From positions 1 through 62,706 of the forward strand of contig CAZBBK010000033.1 in NCBI GenBank assembly GCA_964490075.1: a stretch of DNA of 62,706 nt, given 5' to 3'. Source of the DNA: an uncultured Gemmatimonadota bacterium. Lineage in GTDB: Bacteria; GCA-2686955. The number at the start of each line of letters is the position of its first letter. The first letter of the stretch is position 1. Made by a program: the position numbers and the translations under genes. The notes under the pieces are model-generated. The model had not been told where the DNA came from. It did no database searches and worked only from the letters and a program-made list of their open reading frames with translations. Shown here piece by piece: positions 36,875 to 46,700 of the stretch.

Positions 36875-38410
36875 CTACGACGCCAAAGCGCTGGGGAAGC
36901 GGGCCAGGAAGGAGATCGCGTGGCGCAGCTCGCGGCGATCCGAGCACTCGCCGATCTTGTGCGTGTTCTGCTCGATGCCCGGACCCAGGCCGAACATCGG
37001 CGGATGCTTGAAGCCGCCCGCCTCGACCCACTCCTTGCGCGCCGCAACCGCGATCGACCGGTCGTCGGCCGGGATCGGGAAGCCGACCCCGTCGGTGGAG
37101 AAGATCCAGCGGTCGACCCGCGGCTCGGCGCGGATGCGCCCCGGCGACTCGCCGCCCGCCTCCACGTTCGGCGTGATCACCCGCTCGTAGACCTCCACGG
37201 CGGTGCGGATCACTCGGTGTTCTTCGGGCGTGGCCCAGCCCAGGTAGGTCTGCGGATTGCCCGGCCGGTAGCCGCGCCAAGTAGGCTCCTCGTAGCGCGG
37301 CACGCCGATCTCGACCACGAGCCCAGCCTCCCGCGCCGCGCCCACCGCGCCCAGCGCCTCCACGTCGGCCAGCGCCTGCTCCGGGCTCTCGCCGATGGTC
37401 AGGCGGCGATCGAAGCGGAAGGTGAAGGAGTCGGGAACCGCGCAGTCGCTGGGGGTCTCCAGCCGCGCCCACGAGGCGGTGCGGGTGCCGTGCCCCAGAA
37501 AGGGATCGTCCAGGAAACCCTCACGCTCGTCGTAGCGGCGCGCCGCCTCGGCGATGATCGCGCCGCCGAACTCCAGCGGATTGAGCCCTTCCCAGGGCAT
37601 CGAGCCGTGGCAGCTCTTGCCGGTCACCTTCACCTCGATCTGCATACGGCCGCGCTGGCCGCGATAGATGCCTAGCGCGCCCTCGTGGGCGTCGCCGGTC
37701 CCCTCGGTGAGGATCACGGCATCCGGGATCCGCTCCGCGCCGGCCCCCGGCAACACCTTTTTCATCAGGAACATCGGCCCGGCGCCGTCGTTGTCCTCCT
37801 CGGCGGCGGTGGCGTACGACCACACCACTACCCCGTGCAACGCTCCCTCGCCAGCCAGCTCGAGCGCGATCTTGGTGGCCAGCACCTGCGCCACCACGCC
37901 CCCGAGCTGGTCCGCCGAGCCGCGGCCGAAGACGAGCTGATCCCACTCCGCGTCGGGAGGCAGATGGCCGAGCTCGCGGCGCAGAAAGCCGCGGTCGACC
38001 CGCTCCGGATCGGTCAGCCCCTGGTAGGCGTCGATTCCGCCGCCGATCTTCGCTCGCCACTGGTCGCGCAGCGCACGCACGGTGTCGGAATGGCCGTCGA
38101 AATAGACGACACGCTTGTCCGCCGCCGCGATGCCGTCGCTCGGATCCTCGACGTGCCAGACCAGGTTCCCGTAGTCGTCGAAAAAGACGTCGCCGGCGGC
38201 GCGCACCGCCCCGATCTCCACGATCTTGCGCCGCAGGTACTCGAGCCGCGGCCCCTCGTGGTTGCTCAGCCCGCACTCGGGATCGCCGCCCTCCTCGAGC
38301 GGTCGATCGACGTGGTCGGCGGGAATGCGAATCACTTCGCGCAAGATCTCGACCGCCAGCGGCAGGTATTCCTCGCTCAGCTCCGCGACTCTGCGATCCA
38401 GCTCGCTCAC
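36875..38410 (-). CDS. M20-family metallo-amidohydrolase, YgeY-like
   Basis: FDGHSDTV, GRGSADQLGG, AEEDNDG, IYRGQRGRMQI, GKSCHGSMP, DRRLTIGE, WIFSTDGV, GPGIEQNTH; GTGA coupling to ygeW. Confidence 0.82.
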   Translation of the reverse strand: MSELDRRVAELSEEYLPLAVEILREVIRIPADHVDRPLEEGGDPECGLSNHEGPRLEYLRRKIVEIGAVRAAGDVFFDDYGNLVWHVEDPSDGIAAADKRVVYFDGHSDTVRALRDQWRAKIGGGIDAYQGLTDPERVDRGFLRRELGHLPPDAEWDQLVFGRGSADQLGGVVAQVLATKIALELAGEGALHGVVVWSYATAAEEDNDGAGPMFLMKKVLPGAGAERIPDAVILTEGTGDAHEGALGIYRGQRGRMQIEVKVTGKSCHGSMPWEGLNPLEFGGAIIAEAARRYDEREGFLDDPFLGHGTRTASWARLETPSDCAVPDSFTFRFDRRLTIGESPEQALADVEALGAVGAAREAGLVVEIGVPRYEEPTWRGYRPGNPQTYLGWATPEEHRVIRTAVEVYERVITPNVEAGGESPGRIRAEPRVDRWIFSTDGVGFPIPADDRSIAVAARKEWVEAGGFKHPPMFGLGPGIEQNTHKIGECSDRRELRHAISFLARFPSALAS

Positions 38411-39561
38411 GACCGCCCCCCCTCGATCCGCGCCAGCCGCTCGACCAGCTCCCGCTCCTTGGCACAGGCCAGCAGCGCCATGATCACGTACACTTTCCAG
38501 TTGGCCTCGCGGGCCACGTTGACCGTGTGTCTGCGCATCACTTCGGGCGCCACCTCGGCGCCGATATCGGCCGGCAGGCAGTGCAGGTAGAGGGCGTCGC
38601 CCTCGGCCGTCAGCCCCATGCGTCGCTGGTCGCAGATCCAGTCGGTGAACTGCTTGTTGCGCGCCAGCGCCCGCGCCTCGATGTCGGCCATCGCGGGTTC
38701 GTCGCCGGCGCGATTCGCCGCCACCCGCTCCATCATCAGGTCGTAGGGCCCCCAGCTCTTCGGGTAGACCGCGTGGGCGCCGCGAAAGGCCTCGTCCATG
38801 TCGCTCATCACCCGGAACGATCCTCCCGACTGCTCGGCGTTGCGCTCGGCGGCGGTCACGCAATCGTCGATCAGGCGGTAGCCCTCGGGATGGGCCAGGC
38901 GCACGTCGGCCCCCCAGCGGGTCAGCAGCGTGATCAGCCCCTGCGGCACCGAGAGCGGCTTGGCGTAGGAAGGCGAGTAGGCCCAGCTCACGGCGATCGA
39001 CTTGCCGCGCAAGCCCTCGGGGAAGCTCTCCCGCAGCCAGAGCAGGTCGGCCAGGGTCTGGGTCGGGTGGTCGATGTCGCACTGCAGGTTGACCACCGGC
39101 ACCTTGCGCGCGCTGTCGGTCGCCGCCAGGTAGTCGTCGATGCCGCCCGCCAGCTCGCGCATGAAACGATTCCCCTCGCCGAGAATCAGGTCGTGGCGCA
39201 CGCCCATGGCGTGGGCGTTCATGCCCAGCATGGCGCCGGTCTCCGCCGCCGTCTCGCCGTGCGCCACCTGCGTCGAAGAGCCGTCGACGATCACCGGCTG
39301 CATCCCCAGCCGGGCCGCCGCGCCCGCCCAGGCGCTCTTGGTGCGGGTCGAGTTGTCGAAGAAGATCGCGTAGGCCAGCTCCTGGTCGAAGAGCGGCAAC
39401 TTGGCGCCGCCGCGGTCGAGCTCGGCGAAGGTCCGCGCCACGGCCAGCAGCGCGTCGAGCTGCTCGGTGGTCCAGTCCTGGGTCAGAGCGAGGTTCTTTC
39501 CGTGGAGCGCGCGCAGCGTCGCCGCGTCGGCGGCGCGCAACCGATCCAGTGGTCGGCTCAT
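38407..39561 (-). CDS. ygeW: knotted carbamoyltransferase YgeW
   Basis: FFDNSTRT, STQVAHGET, NLQCDIDHPTQ, SWAYSPSYAKPLSVPQG, YPKSW, HCLPADI. Confidence 0.88.
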   Translation of the reverse strand: MSRPLDRLRAADAATLRALHGKNLALTQDWTTEQLDALLAVARTFAELDRGGAKLPLFDQELAYAIFFDNSTRTKSAWAGAAARLGMQPVIVDGSSTQVAHGETAAETGAMLGMNAHAMGVRHDLILGEGNRFMRELAGGIDDYLAATDSARKVPVVNLQCDIDHPTQTLADLLWLRESFPEGLRGKSIAVSWAYSPSYAKPLSVPQGLITLLTRWGADVRLAHPEGYRLIDDCVTAAERNAEQSGGSFRVMSDMDEAFRGAHAVYPKSWGPYDLMMERVAANRAGDEPAMADIEARALARNKQFTDWICDQRRMGLTAEGDALYLHCLPADIGAEVAPEVMRRHTVNVAREANWKVYVIMALLACAKERELVERLARIEGGRS

Positions 39562-39562
39562 G

Positions 39563-42022
39563 TCAGTCCTCGATGATCACGTCGATCGCATCGACGCCGA
39601 TGAGAGTGTTGGTGGAGAGTGGGTTCTTGGTGCCGGTGGCGCGGATCAGCAAGGTGTGAAGGCCGCGCTCCAGCCCGGTGATCTCGAAGAGCTCGGTCTG
39701 CTGCTCGTGGGTCGCAGCATAGCCGTCGACCGTCTCGATCAGAACCCCGTCGAGGTTGATCTTGGCGATGCCGCCGCCGGGCCCCTTGGAGCCCAGCCAG
39801 CGCACCCCGACGCCGTCGAAGTCGAGGATCACCTGGTCGCTGGCCTGCCAGATGAAGGTTTCGGTGACGTTGAACGATCCAGCCAATGCCTTGCGCACCG
39901 TCTTCAGCGGATCGGAGTCGAAGATGATCGGTTCGGCGCGCTTGTCGTCGTAGCGCTCCCAGGTGGTGGTCAACTCCCAGCCCACCCCGCCGTCGGTGGT
40001 GCGCCAGAAGCCCTGGTGGTTGCCGAGCAGCGCCTGGCCGGAGGTGCCGAAGTCGGCGGAAGCCGCCAGCCGGTGGCCGGAGCCGACCCCTTGCTCCGGC
40101 GTGCCGATCTGTTGCCAGGTGACGCCGTCGTCGCTGCTCATGAACACCCCGTCGCCCGAGGTGGCGACGATCAGCAGCACCCCACCGGCCGGCCCGGCCA
40201 CCGCCTCCAGCGCCGTCGGGTCGGCGGCCAGGGTAGCGGCAGTATTTTGCCAGGTGTCGCCGGCGTCGGTCGAGAAGGCGATGGTGCCGGCCCGGTTTAC
40301 GAAGTAGACGCGCTGGTCGCCCGGCCCGAAGTGCGGCGAGATCGCCAGGTCCATCGCCGACACATTTGCCGCGTCGCCGCACGGGTTCCACGAGCGGCCG
40401 CCGTCGGTCGATCGGTGGACACCTGGGCGCTGGTCGCGCCCCGCAACGAAAAAGGTGCTGTCGGCGGCGAAGTCGGGCGAGATCACCAGCCCCGCCTGTG
40501 GAATCGCCACCGGCGTGGCCATGCCGCTCCAGTGCCGGCCGGCATTGGTGCTCTCGTAGAGGCCGCCGCCGGTCAGCGCCCACATGGTGCGTGAGCTTTC
40601 GAAGTCGGGCGCGAAGGCAAAGGCCCGCACCACGTGCTCCAGCACCCAGGGGTTGATCGCCGGCAGATCGATGCGCTGCCAGCTCACGCCGTGATCGGTG
40701 CTGCGCCGCAGTCCGTTGCCGCTGCCGCAGAACAGGATCGGGAAGTCCCAGTAGAAGGGAGAGGCCGCCACGCTGTAGACCGACTCGGAGTCCAACCCGG
40801 TGCCGCGCAGCTCCCAGGTGGCCCCGGCGTCGTCGCTGTAGAGCGCCGCCTGCCCGTAGCCCGAGGCGATGATGTGGTGGTTGCCGATCCCGTCCGGTGG
40901 AATGTAGCCGGCGGTGCGCCCCATGCGCGTCGGGTTGATATGCGACTGGCGCCAGGTTTGCCCTGCGTCGTCCGAGCGGAAGAGCCCCTCGTAGGTGCCG
41001 ACATAGACCGAACGGTCGGAGACGAAATCATCCGGCAGCTCGACGCGCCGATAGTGGTTGTCGGTCTGGGTGCTGAACTCCACCTCCAGGCTGGTCGGCT
41101 CCCAGGTCGCTCCGCCGTCGGTCGACACGAAGCAGCCGGAGCGGGCCGTGGTGCAGTAGAGGAAGGGATCGCCGGGGTAGCCGGGCGAAACAGCGATGTC
41201 GTTGACCAGGATGCCGGTCAGGCCGTTGTTGGCGGAGCGCCAGATGGTGCCGCGGTCGCGGCTGACCCACACGCCGAGTCCGTGGGTCGTCACCCACATG
41301 GTGTCGTCGACCCGGAACTTCGGCGAGAAAGCGACCGAGGTGACGAAGCCGGGCCCGAAGCCCCCGAAGAGGGCGTCCGGCAGCAAGGTCCAGGTATCGC
41401 CGCCGTCCTCCGAGAGCGCCAATCCCATGCGCTCCAAAACCAGCGCCAGCGAGCGGTCGTGCTCGAACCCGGGCGAGATCTCCACGTCCAGGATCTGGTC
41501 TGGCGAGACGTTTCCCAGCTCCTCGTCGCTCAGGCCCCCGTCGGTCGACCGGTAGAGCGAGGTGGCGCTGGCGTAGAAGAGCGTCTGGTCGGTTTCGAAG
41601 GCCGGCGAGATGGCGATCGCCACGCCGGTGAGCGGCCGCGGCGGCGACTCCCAGCTCAGCCCGGCGTCGGTCGAGCGGTGCAACCCGCCATTGTACTCGT
41701 CGCCGGCGCTGCCACGCCAAGTCAAGGCGAAAGCGGTGCGATCATCGGCGAAGGCCGGAGAGAGCGCCACGTCTTGCACGTAGGTGCTCTGCAGCCCGGC
41801 GCGCCGCTCCTCGAAGGTGCCTCCGGAGTCGTCGGAGTAGAGGAAGAGCTTGAAGCTCCCGAAAGACGACAGGAAGAGCTCGCGCTCGCCCGCCAGCCTG
41901 GCCGTCAAGGCGAAGGCGGTGGTGCCGTCGTGGGGATGGTGGGCGGACGCTCGAAGGGGGAGGCAGAGCGCGAAGGCACTCGCCGCCAGGGCGGCACGGG
42001 ACGCGAGACGAAAGACCTGCAT
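39563..42022 (-). CDS. secreted BNR/Asp-box beta-propeller protein with C-terminal CBM-like domain
   Basis: More than 10 S/T-x-D-x-G-x-T/S-W repeats with SP.F..D turns; signal peptide; C-terminal FDGVGVRW...G.A.I.LDG...GLHTL...VDAIDV. Confidence 0.85.
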   Translation of the reverse strand: MQVFRLASRAALAASAFALCLPLRASAHHPHDGTTAFALTARLAGERELFLSSFGSFKLFLYSDDSGGTFEERRAGLQSTYVQDVALSPAFADDRTAFALTWRGSAGDEYNGGLHRSTDAGLSWESPPRPLTGVAIAISPAFETDQTLFYASATSLYRSTDGGLSDEELGNVSPDQILDVEISPGFEHDRSLALVLERMGLALSEDGGDTWTLLPDALFGGFGPGFVTSVAFSPKFRVDDTMWVTTHGLGVWVSRDRGTIWRSANNGLTGILVNDIAVSPGYPGDPFLYCTTARSGCFVSTDGGATWEPTSLEVEFSTQTDNHYRRVELPDDFVSDRSVYVGTYEGLFRSDDAGQTWRQSHINPTRMGRTAGYIPPDGIGNHHIIASGYGQAALYSDDAGATWELRGTGLDSESVYSVAASPFYWDFPILFCGSGNGLRRSTDHGVSWQRIDLPAINPWVLEHVVRAFAFAPDFESSRTMWALTGGGLYESTNAGRHWSGMATPVAIPQAGLVISPDFAADSTFFVAGRDQRPGVHRSTDGGRSWNPCGDAANVSAMDLAISPHFGPGDQRVYFVNRAGTIAFSTDAGDTWQNTAATLAADPTALEAVAGPAGGVLLIVATSGDGVFMSSDDGVTWQQIGTPEQGVGSGHRLAASADFGTSGQALLGNHQGFWRTTDGGVGWELTTTWERYDDKRAEPIIFDSDPLKTVRKALAGSFNVTETFIWQASDQVILDFDGVGVRWLGSKGPGGGIAKINLDGVLIETVDGYAATHEQQTELFEITGLERGLHTLLIRATGTKNPLSTNTLIGVDAIDVIIED

Positions 42023-42168
42023 GGGGGAGCTCCGAAAGCGGGAACACGTCGCGAGCGAGGCTCCTGCCAGGGCATCCCGGAAGGCCCCGGCGCTCGGCAG
42101 CAACTCCGGCGCCGGCATCGGATCCTCACCCGATTCTGACCCCAGCCTAACGTACCCTGCGCGGACCC

Positions 42169-43890
42169 TCAGCGCAGAATGCTCTCCCCCTCCATGCCTC
42201 CGTCATCGAAGCCCAGAATGTCGGCCACCGTCGCCGCAACGTCGACCACCGTCGCCTCTTTCACCATCTCCGAGCGCCCGGCCAGCGGCTCGCCCGCCAC
42301 CACGAAGGGGATGTAGGAGTCGAGCGGATAGAGGCTGCCGTGGTTCGACTCCACCTCGTCGTCGGCGTACCAGGTGCGGCTCGGATCGTGCTCGTCGACC
42401 TCGGGGATGAAGACGATGTCGCCCGAGCGCATGCAGTTCATCTGCTCGATGCGCAAGAGCGGCTCCACGAAGTTGTAGTCGTCGGGGTGGTCGTCCAGCC
42501 ACAGCGCCAGGTCGGCCAGCGGCTGGCTATCGTCGACCCAGACCTTGTAGGGGGTCGACCAGCCCTCGTCGGGGCACTCGGCGGGATCGCGCACCAGGAT
42601 CAGCTCCACCTTCTCGCTCGGGTAGATCGAGTCGTCGTTCAGCGGCTGCGGATCGCCCGCGCCCGCGTTGTAGACGAACTTGGCGAGCTGCTTGGCCACC
42701 CCGCGCAGATCCTCCGTGAGCGGGAAGTCGGACCAGTTGTCGGTGTTGCGGTTGCGCAGGTAGATATGCGCCGCGCCGCCGTTCTGCGCCACGTAGGCCG
42801 AGTAGTCGTCGTTCCAGAACCAATCCCACCAGTCGAAGACGTCGAAGCAGGGCAGCCACCAGTCGCAGGTGTAGTCCTCGATCGACTCCTCCAGCTCGTC
42901 CTCCATCACGATCGAGTGGTAGTCGTTCTCGATGGTGTCGATGTGGCCGTGGTCGGAGGTGAAGAGAAACACCGCGTCGTCGTAGATGCCGCGCGCCTTC
43001 AGGCCGTCGATCAGCACCCCGATCAGCGGATCGACGTGCTCGCTCAGATACCATTTCTGCGCCTTGTCGTCGGTTCCCTGGCCGGTGTCGTAGCCGTGGC
43101 AGTAGTGGTCGTGGCCCGCGAAGTAGGCGGTGATGATCTCCGGGTAGGTCCCGCCGGTACCCAGCCCTGCCAGCAGCGCATCGACCATCGCCGCGTCGTA
43201 GTCCCAGGCGTTGCCCAGCTCGTAGGTGCACAGATCGTCGGTGGTCGGCAGGATCCACTCGATCCGCTCGTCGTCGTGGTGGCTGGCCGAGGAGTACATG
43301 TGGAAGGCGATCGTCGAGCTGAGCCCCGCCGCCGACGCCACGTCGTAGAGAGTCGGGGTCCAGAGCTGCAGGTTCGCCAGCCCGCCCCAGGCCGGATGCG
43401 AAGGGCCGATCGGGTCGAGCACCCAGTCGCAGATCGAGTCGTCGGTGTCGTCCCAGAAGGCGTCGTACTCGTAGGTCTGCGAGACGTCCTTGGGATCGAG
43501 CACCGACCCGCCGCTGAACCCGAAGCGGCGGCGCATGTCGCGGTCCAGGAACTCGTTGCCGGCGATGCCGTGGGTCCGCGGCCAGTAGCCGGTGGCGATG
43601 CTCGCCTGGCAGACGAAGGTGTAGGACGGGAAGGCGGTGGTGGCGCGACCGACCGCGACGTACTGGCCGCGCGGAATCCCCTTCGCGCGCGGCGCGGCTG
43701 GCGCATCCCAGCCGAGCACGATCTGGGCGATGTTCGGCACCAGTTGCGGGTAGTTGAAGATGCGGCCGTAGAGCGCCTCGCGGCGCAGACCGTCGACATC
43801 GACGATCACGACCCGATTGGCCCCCGGGATCGGTCCCGCGGCGGCGGCGCTTGCGGCCGCGACGAGGGCGGCGAGCTGGATCCTGTACAT
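42169..43890 (-). CDS. secreted alkaline phosphatase family (nucleotide pyrophosphatase/phosphodiesterase-type) protein
   Basis: VDVDGLR, FPSYTF (Thr nucleophile), HGIAGN, DHYCH, TSDHGH, NHGS; signal peptide. Confidence 0.87.
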   Translation of the reverse strand: MYRIQLAALVAAASAAAAGPIPGANRVVIVDVDGLRREALYGRIFNYPQLVPNIAQIVLGWDAPAAPRAKGIPRGQYVAVGRATTAFPSYTFVCQASIATGYWPRTHGIAGNEFLDRDMRRRFGFSGGSVLDPKDVSQTYEYDAFWDDTDDSICDWVLDPIGPSHPAWGGLANLQLWTPTLYDVASAAGLSSTIAFHMYSSASHHDDERIEWILPTTDDLCTYELGNAWDYDAAMVDALLAGLGTGGTYPEIITAYFAGHDHYCHGYDTGQGTDDKAQKWYLSEHVDPLIGVLIDGLKARGIYDDAVFLFTSDHGHIDTIENDYHSIVMEDELEESIEDYTCDWWLPCFDVFDWWDWFWNDDYSAYVAQNGGAAHIYLRNRNTDNWSDFPLTEDLRGVAKQLAKFVYNAGAGDPQPLNDDSIYPSEKVELILVRDPAECPDEGWSTPYKVWVDDSQPLADLALWLDDHPDDYNFVEPLLRIEQMNCMRSGDIVFIPEVDEHDPSRTWYADDEVESNHGSLYPLDSYIPFVVAGEPLAGRSEMVKEATVVDVAATVADILGFDDGGMEGESILR

Positions 43891-44152
43891 AGTGGAGAAA
43901 CCCCCTATTTTCTGACTTTCTACCCCGTAAGGAATCATGGAACGCGTGGCTTGTCACGCGAAAAGCAGGCAGGCGGGGACGCCGGGGCCTCGGCGGAGTG
44001 CCGAACGGAGGTCAAAGAGGATGGGGTACACAGAGTTGGGCGGAAAACACCCGCAGATCGCCGCATCGCCCCCGGCCTTGGGGAAGATCGCGATACTCGG
44101 CCGTGGGCGTTCGCTTATGAACGCGTTGCCGGCGCGGCACCGGGCTTCGATC

Positions 44153-46678
44153 CTATTCCAGCCGCGGCAGTCCGCCGAGGGCCGCGGCGCCGCCCAATCC
44201 TCCGATCTCGAAGCTCTGGCCGATGGTGGTGTAGCCGGTGGGCGCCTTGTACATCACGCCGATGATCCAGCCGCCGGTCTGGTTGTACCAGATCGTCTTG
44301 GCCGTGCCGAGCGGCGAGATGCGGTCGACGTAGCTGTTCTCGCCGCGGTAGCGCAGCGACAAGCCCTCGGTCGGCGTGCCGGCCGCCCCGAGCACCCGCG
44401 TCAGGTCGTTTCCGCCGTCGCCGACTCCGGCGATGTTGAAGTAGGCGCGGATCTGTGTCGCCGGATCGAAGGCCCAGAAATCGCCGCCTTCGATGAAGAG
44501 CAGGCGCCCGCCGCCGGCCTCGACGAAGTCGACCAGCGCCAGGTCTTCGGCGCCGTCGGGCTCGATCTGGTAGTTGTTGGGCGACATGCCGAGACAGACG
44601 AAGACCATAGCGAACTGGGTCAGCTCGCCGTAGAGGTCGATCTGGCTCGAGACCAACACATCTTTGCCGCGATTTTCGTAGTAGCCGCGAATCGCGTTGC
44701 CGCTAATCGGCGTCGGGTCGGGCTCCCAGACGAAGATCGTCGGGAAGGGATCGAGCGACAGATCGAGGGTGGTGGTCTGGCCCTCGACGATCGCCACGTC
44801 CTCGACGAGGGTCGGCTGCCAGCCCAGCTTGGCGAACGAAACATCGTACGATGCGCCGCCGGCGACCGGCAGACTGTAGCTTCCGAGCGCGTCCGTGAAG
44901 ACCGGATCGAGCGGTGTGTTCAGCACCTCGACCTCGACTCCCTGGAGCGCCAGTCCCGACTCCGAGTCGGTCACCACGCCGGCCAGGGTACCGTCGATCG
45001 CCAGCGCCAGGTCGAAGTCGACCTCGACGAAGGTCTGCGGCGGCACGTCGACCGTCTCTTCCTGGTCCTGGTAGCCGTAGAAGCTGGCGCGAATGGTGTA
45101 GGTAGCGCCCGGCACCACGCTCAGGATGTAGGCCCCCGCGGTGTCGGTGAGGGCGAACTTGGCCGAGCCGACATCTTCCACCCGGGCGCCCAGGAGCGGC
45201 GCGCCGGCGCCTTGGACGACGCCGTAGATGCCGCCCATCTCCGATGCCACCATGTTGCCGGCCGCCAGCAGGTCGATGCGGCCCCGGCCAAAGGTGTTGT
45301 CTTCGCCCGCGGTGCCGAGATCGACCGCGGTCTCGTAGAGGATCTCCTTGGCGCGGGCGGCCTCGATGTCGGGATTGATGTCGTTCAGGAGCGCCACCGC
45401 CCCCGCCACGTGCGGACAGGCCATCGAGGTGCCCGAAAGGCTGCCGTAGCTGTTGCCCGGCATCGCCGAGCGCACGCTCTCGCCCTGCGCGCAGACCTCC
45501 GGCTTGATCGTCACGTTGTCGCAGCCCGAGGGACCGCGGCTGGAGAAGGAGGCGATCGAGGTCGAGCCGGGGCGCAGCGCGCCGACCGCGAAAGCGTTGG
45601 TGCTGGTGGTGATGCGGTCGGCCGGAGTGCGCAAGGTCTTCGAGCCGCCGCCTTCGTTGCCGGCCGCGAACACGATCGCCACGCCGGCCGCCTCGGCGCC
45701 GTCCATCGAGGCCCAGAACGCGTCATCGCAGTGCGGCACCCCGTGATAGATCGGGCTGAAGCCCCAGGAGTTGGACGAGACCACCGGCACGTCGTCGACC
45801 GTGCCCGGATCGCCGTCGGGGTCGGCGCTCCACTGGAAGGCCAGGATCGCATCCGACATGGTGCGATCCAGGTCGACCCGGTCGATCACCGCGGCGGCGA
45901 TCCAGGTGGCGCCGAAGGCGACGCCGATGGTGTCGCCCGGCGTCATGCCGCAGATGGTGCCCATGGTGTGGGTGCCGTGGTAGCCGGAGTCGCGCGGGAA
46001 GGTCCAGCCGGTCACCGGATCGAAGAAGGCCTCTTCCGGCGACACTCCCGGCTCGTGGCCGCGCCAGCGATCGCCGAAGGACTCGTGGTTGCCGTCGGCG
46101 CCGGTGTCCAGGTGCGAAACCAGCACTCCTTCGCCGGTGTAGCCCTGGGCCCAGAGCCGGTGCGCGTTGATGTCTTTCAGTCCCGACTCGGCGCCGGCCG
46201 TGACGTTCTCCGGCGCGGGCTGCGCGGCCACCGGCTCGACCAGCTCCAGCGGAGTGTCGTAGGAGATGGTGGCGACACCGGGGGCGAGCACCAGCTCGTT
46301 GATCACCTCGGGCAGGGCGTTGACGTAGATCGCGTTGGCGATCCAGAAGGGAGTGTAGGTCTCGACCGAGCCTTGCGCCTTGCGCCGCTCCAGCAGCGCC
46401 CGCAGATGGCCCTGCTGGCGGGCGGCGTGGGCCTGCAGCTGGTCCACGACCTGCTGGTGGCGAGCACGACGGTCGACGATCACTCCACCGGCGCCCAGGC
46501 GCGCGGCCAACGCCCCGAGGTCGGCGCGCGAGTCGAGGTGGACGACGACCGGCACGTACTCCTCGGCCTCCGCCTCGTAGAGGAAACGGTCCAGGTCGGG
46601 GGCGAGCACCCCGGCCTCCGCGAAGGTGGCTCCGGCGCAAAATATGATGCTGCTGAGCGTGGCTGTCCAGCTTGGCAT
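44153..46678 (-). CDS. secreted S8 serine peptidase (bacillopeptidase F-like) with carboxypeptidase-regulatory-like domains
   Basis: LDTG, HGTHTMG, FAAGNEG, FSSRGPS, SGTSMACPHVAG; I9-like propeptide. Confidence 0.93.
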   Translation of the reverse strand: MPSWTATLSSIIFCAGATFAEAGVLAPDLDRFLYEAEAEEYVPVVVHLDSRADLGALAARLGAGGVIVDRRARHQQVVDQLQAHAARQQGHLRALLERRKAQGSVETYTPFWIANAIYVNALPEVINELVLAPGVATISYDTPLELVEPVAAQPAPENVTAGAESGLKDINAHRLWAQGYTGEGVLVSHLDTGADGNHESFGDRWRGHEPGVSPEEAFFDPVTGWTFPRDSGYHGTHTMGTICGMTPGDTIGVAFGATWIAAAVIDRVDLDRTMSDAILAFQWSADPDGDPGTVDDVPVVSSNSWGFSPIYHGVPHCDDAFWASMDGAEAAGVAIVFAAGNEGGGSKTLRTPADRITTSTNAFAVGALRPGSTSIASFSSRGPSGCDNVTIKPEVCAQGESVRSAMPGNSYGSLSGTSMACPHVAGAVALLNDINPDIEAARAKEILYETAVDLGTAGEDNTFGRGRIDLLAAGNMVASEMGGIYGVVQGAGAPLLGARVEDVGSAKFALTDTAGAYILSVVPGATYTIRASFYGYQDQEETVDVPPQTFVEVDFDLALAIDGTLAGVVTDSESGLALQGVEVEVLNTPLDPVFTDALGSYSLPVAGGASYDVSFAKLGWQPTLVEDVAIVEGQTTTLDLSLDPFPTIFVWEPDPTPISGNAIRGYYENRGKDVLVSSQIDLYGELTQFAMVFVCLGMSPNNYQIEPDGAEDLALVDFVEAGGGRLLFIEGGDFWAFDPATQIRAYFNIAGVGDGGNDLTRVLGAAGTPTEGLSLRYRGENSYVDRISPLGTAKTIWYNQTGGWIIGVMYKAPTGYTTIGQSFEIGGLGGAAALGGLPRLE

Positions 46679-46700
46679 GGCGTGGTATCCTGAGACTGAG

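Noticed and set aside
36875-39561. Selenocysteine recoding in the selenium-associated ygeW/ygeY genes
   Set aside because: Both ORFs are uninterrupted, with no in-frame TGA
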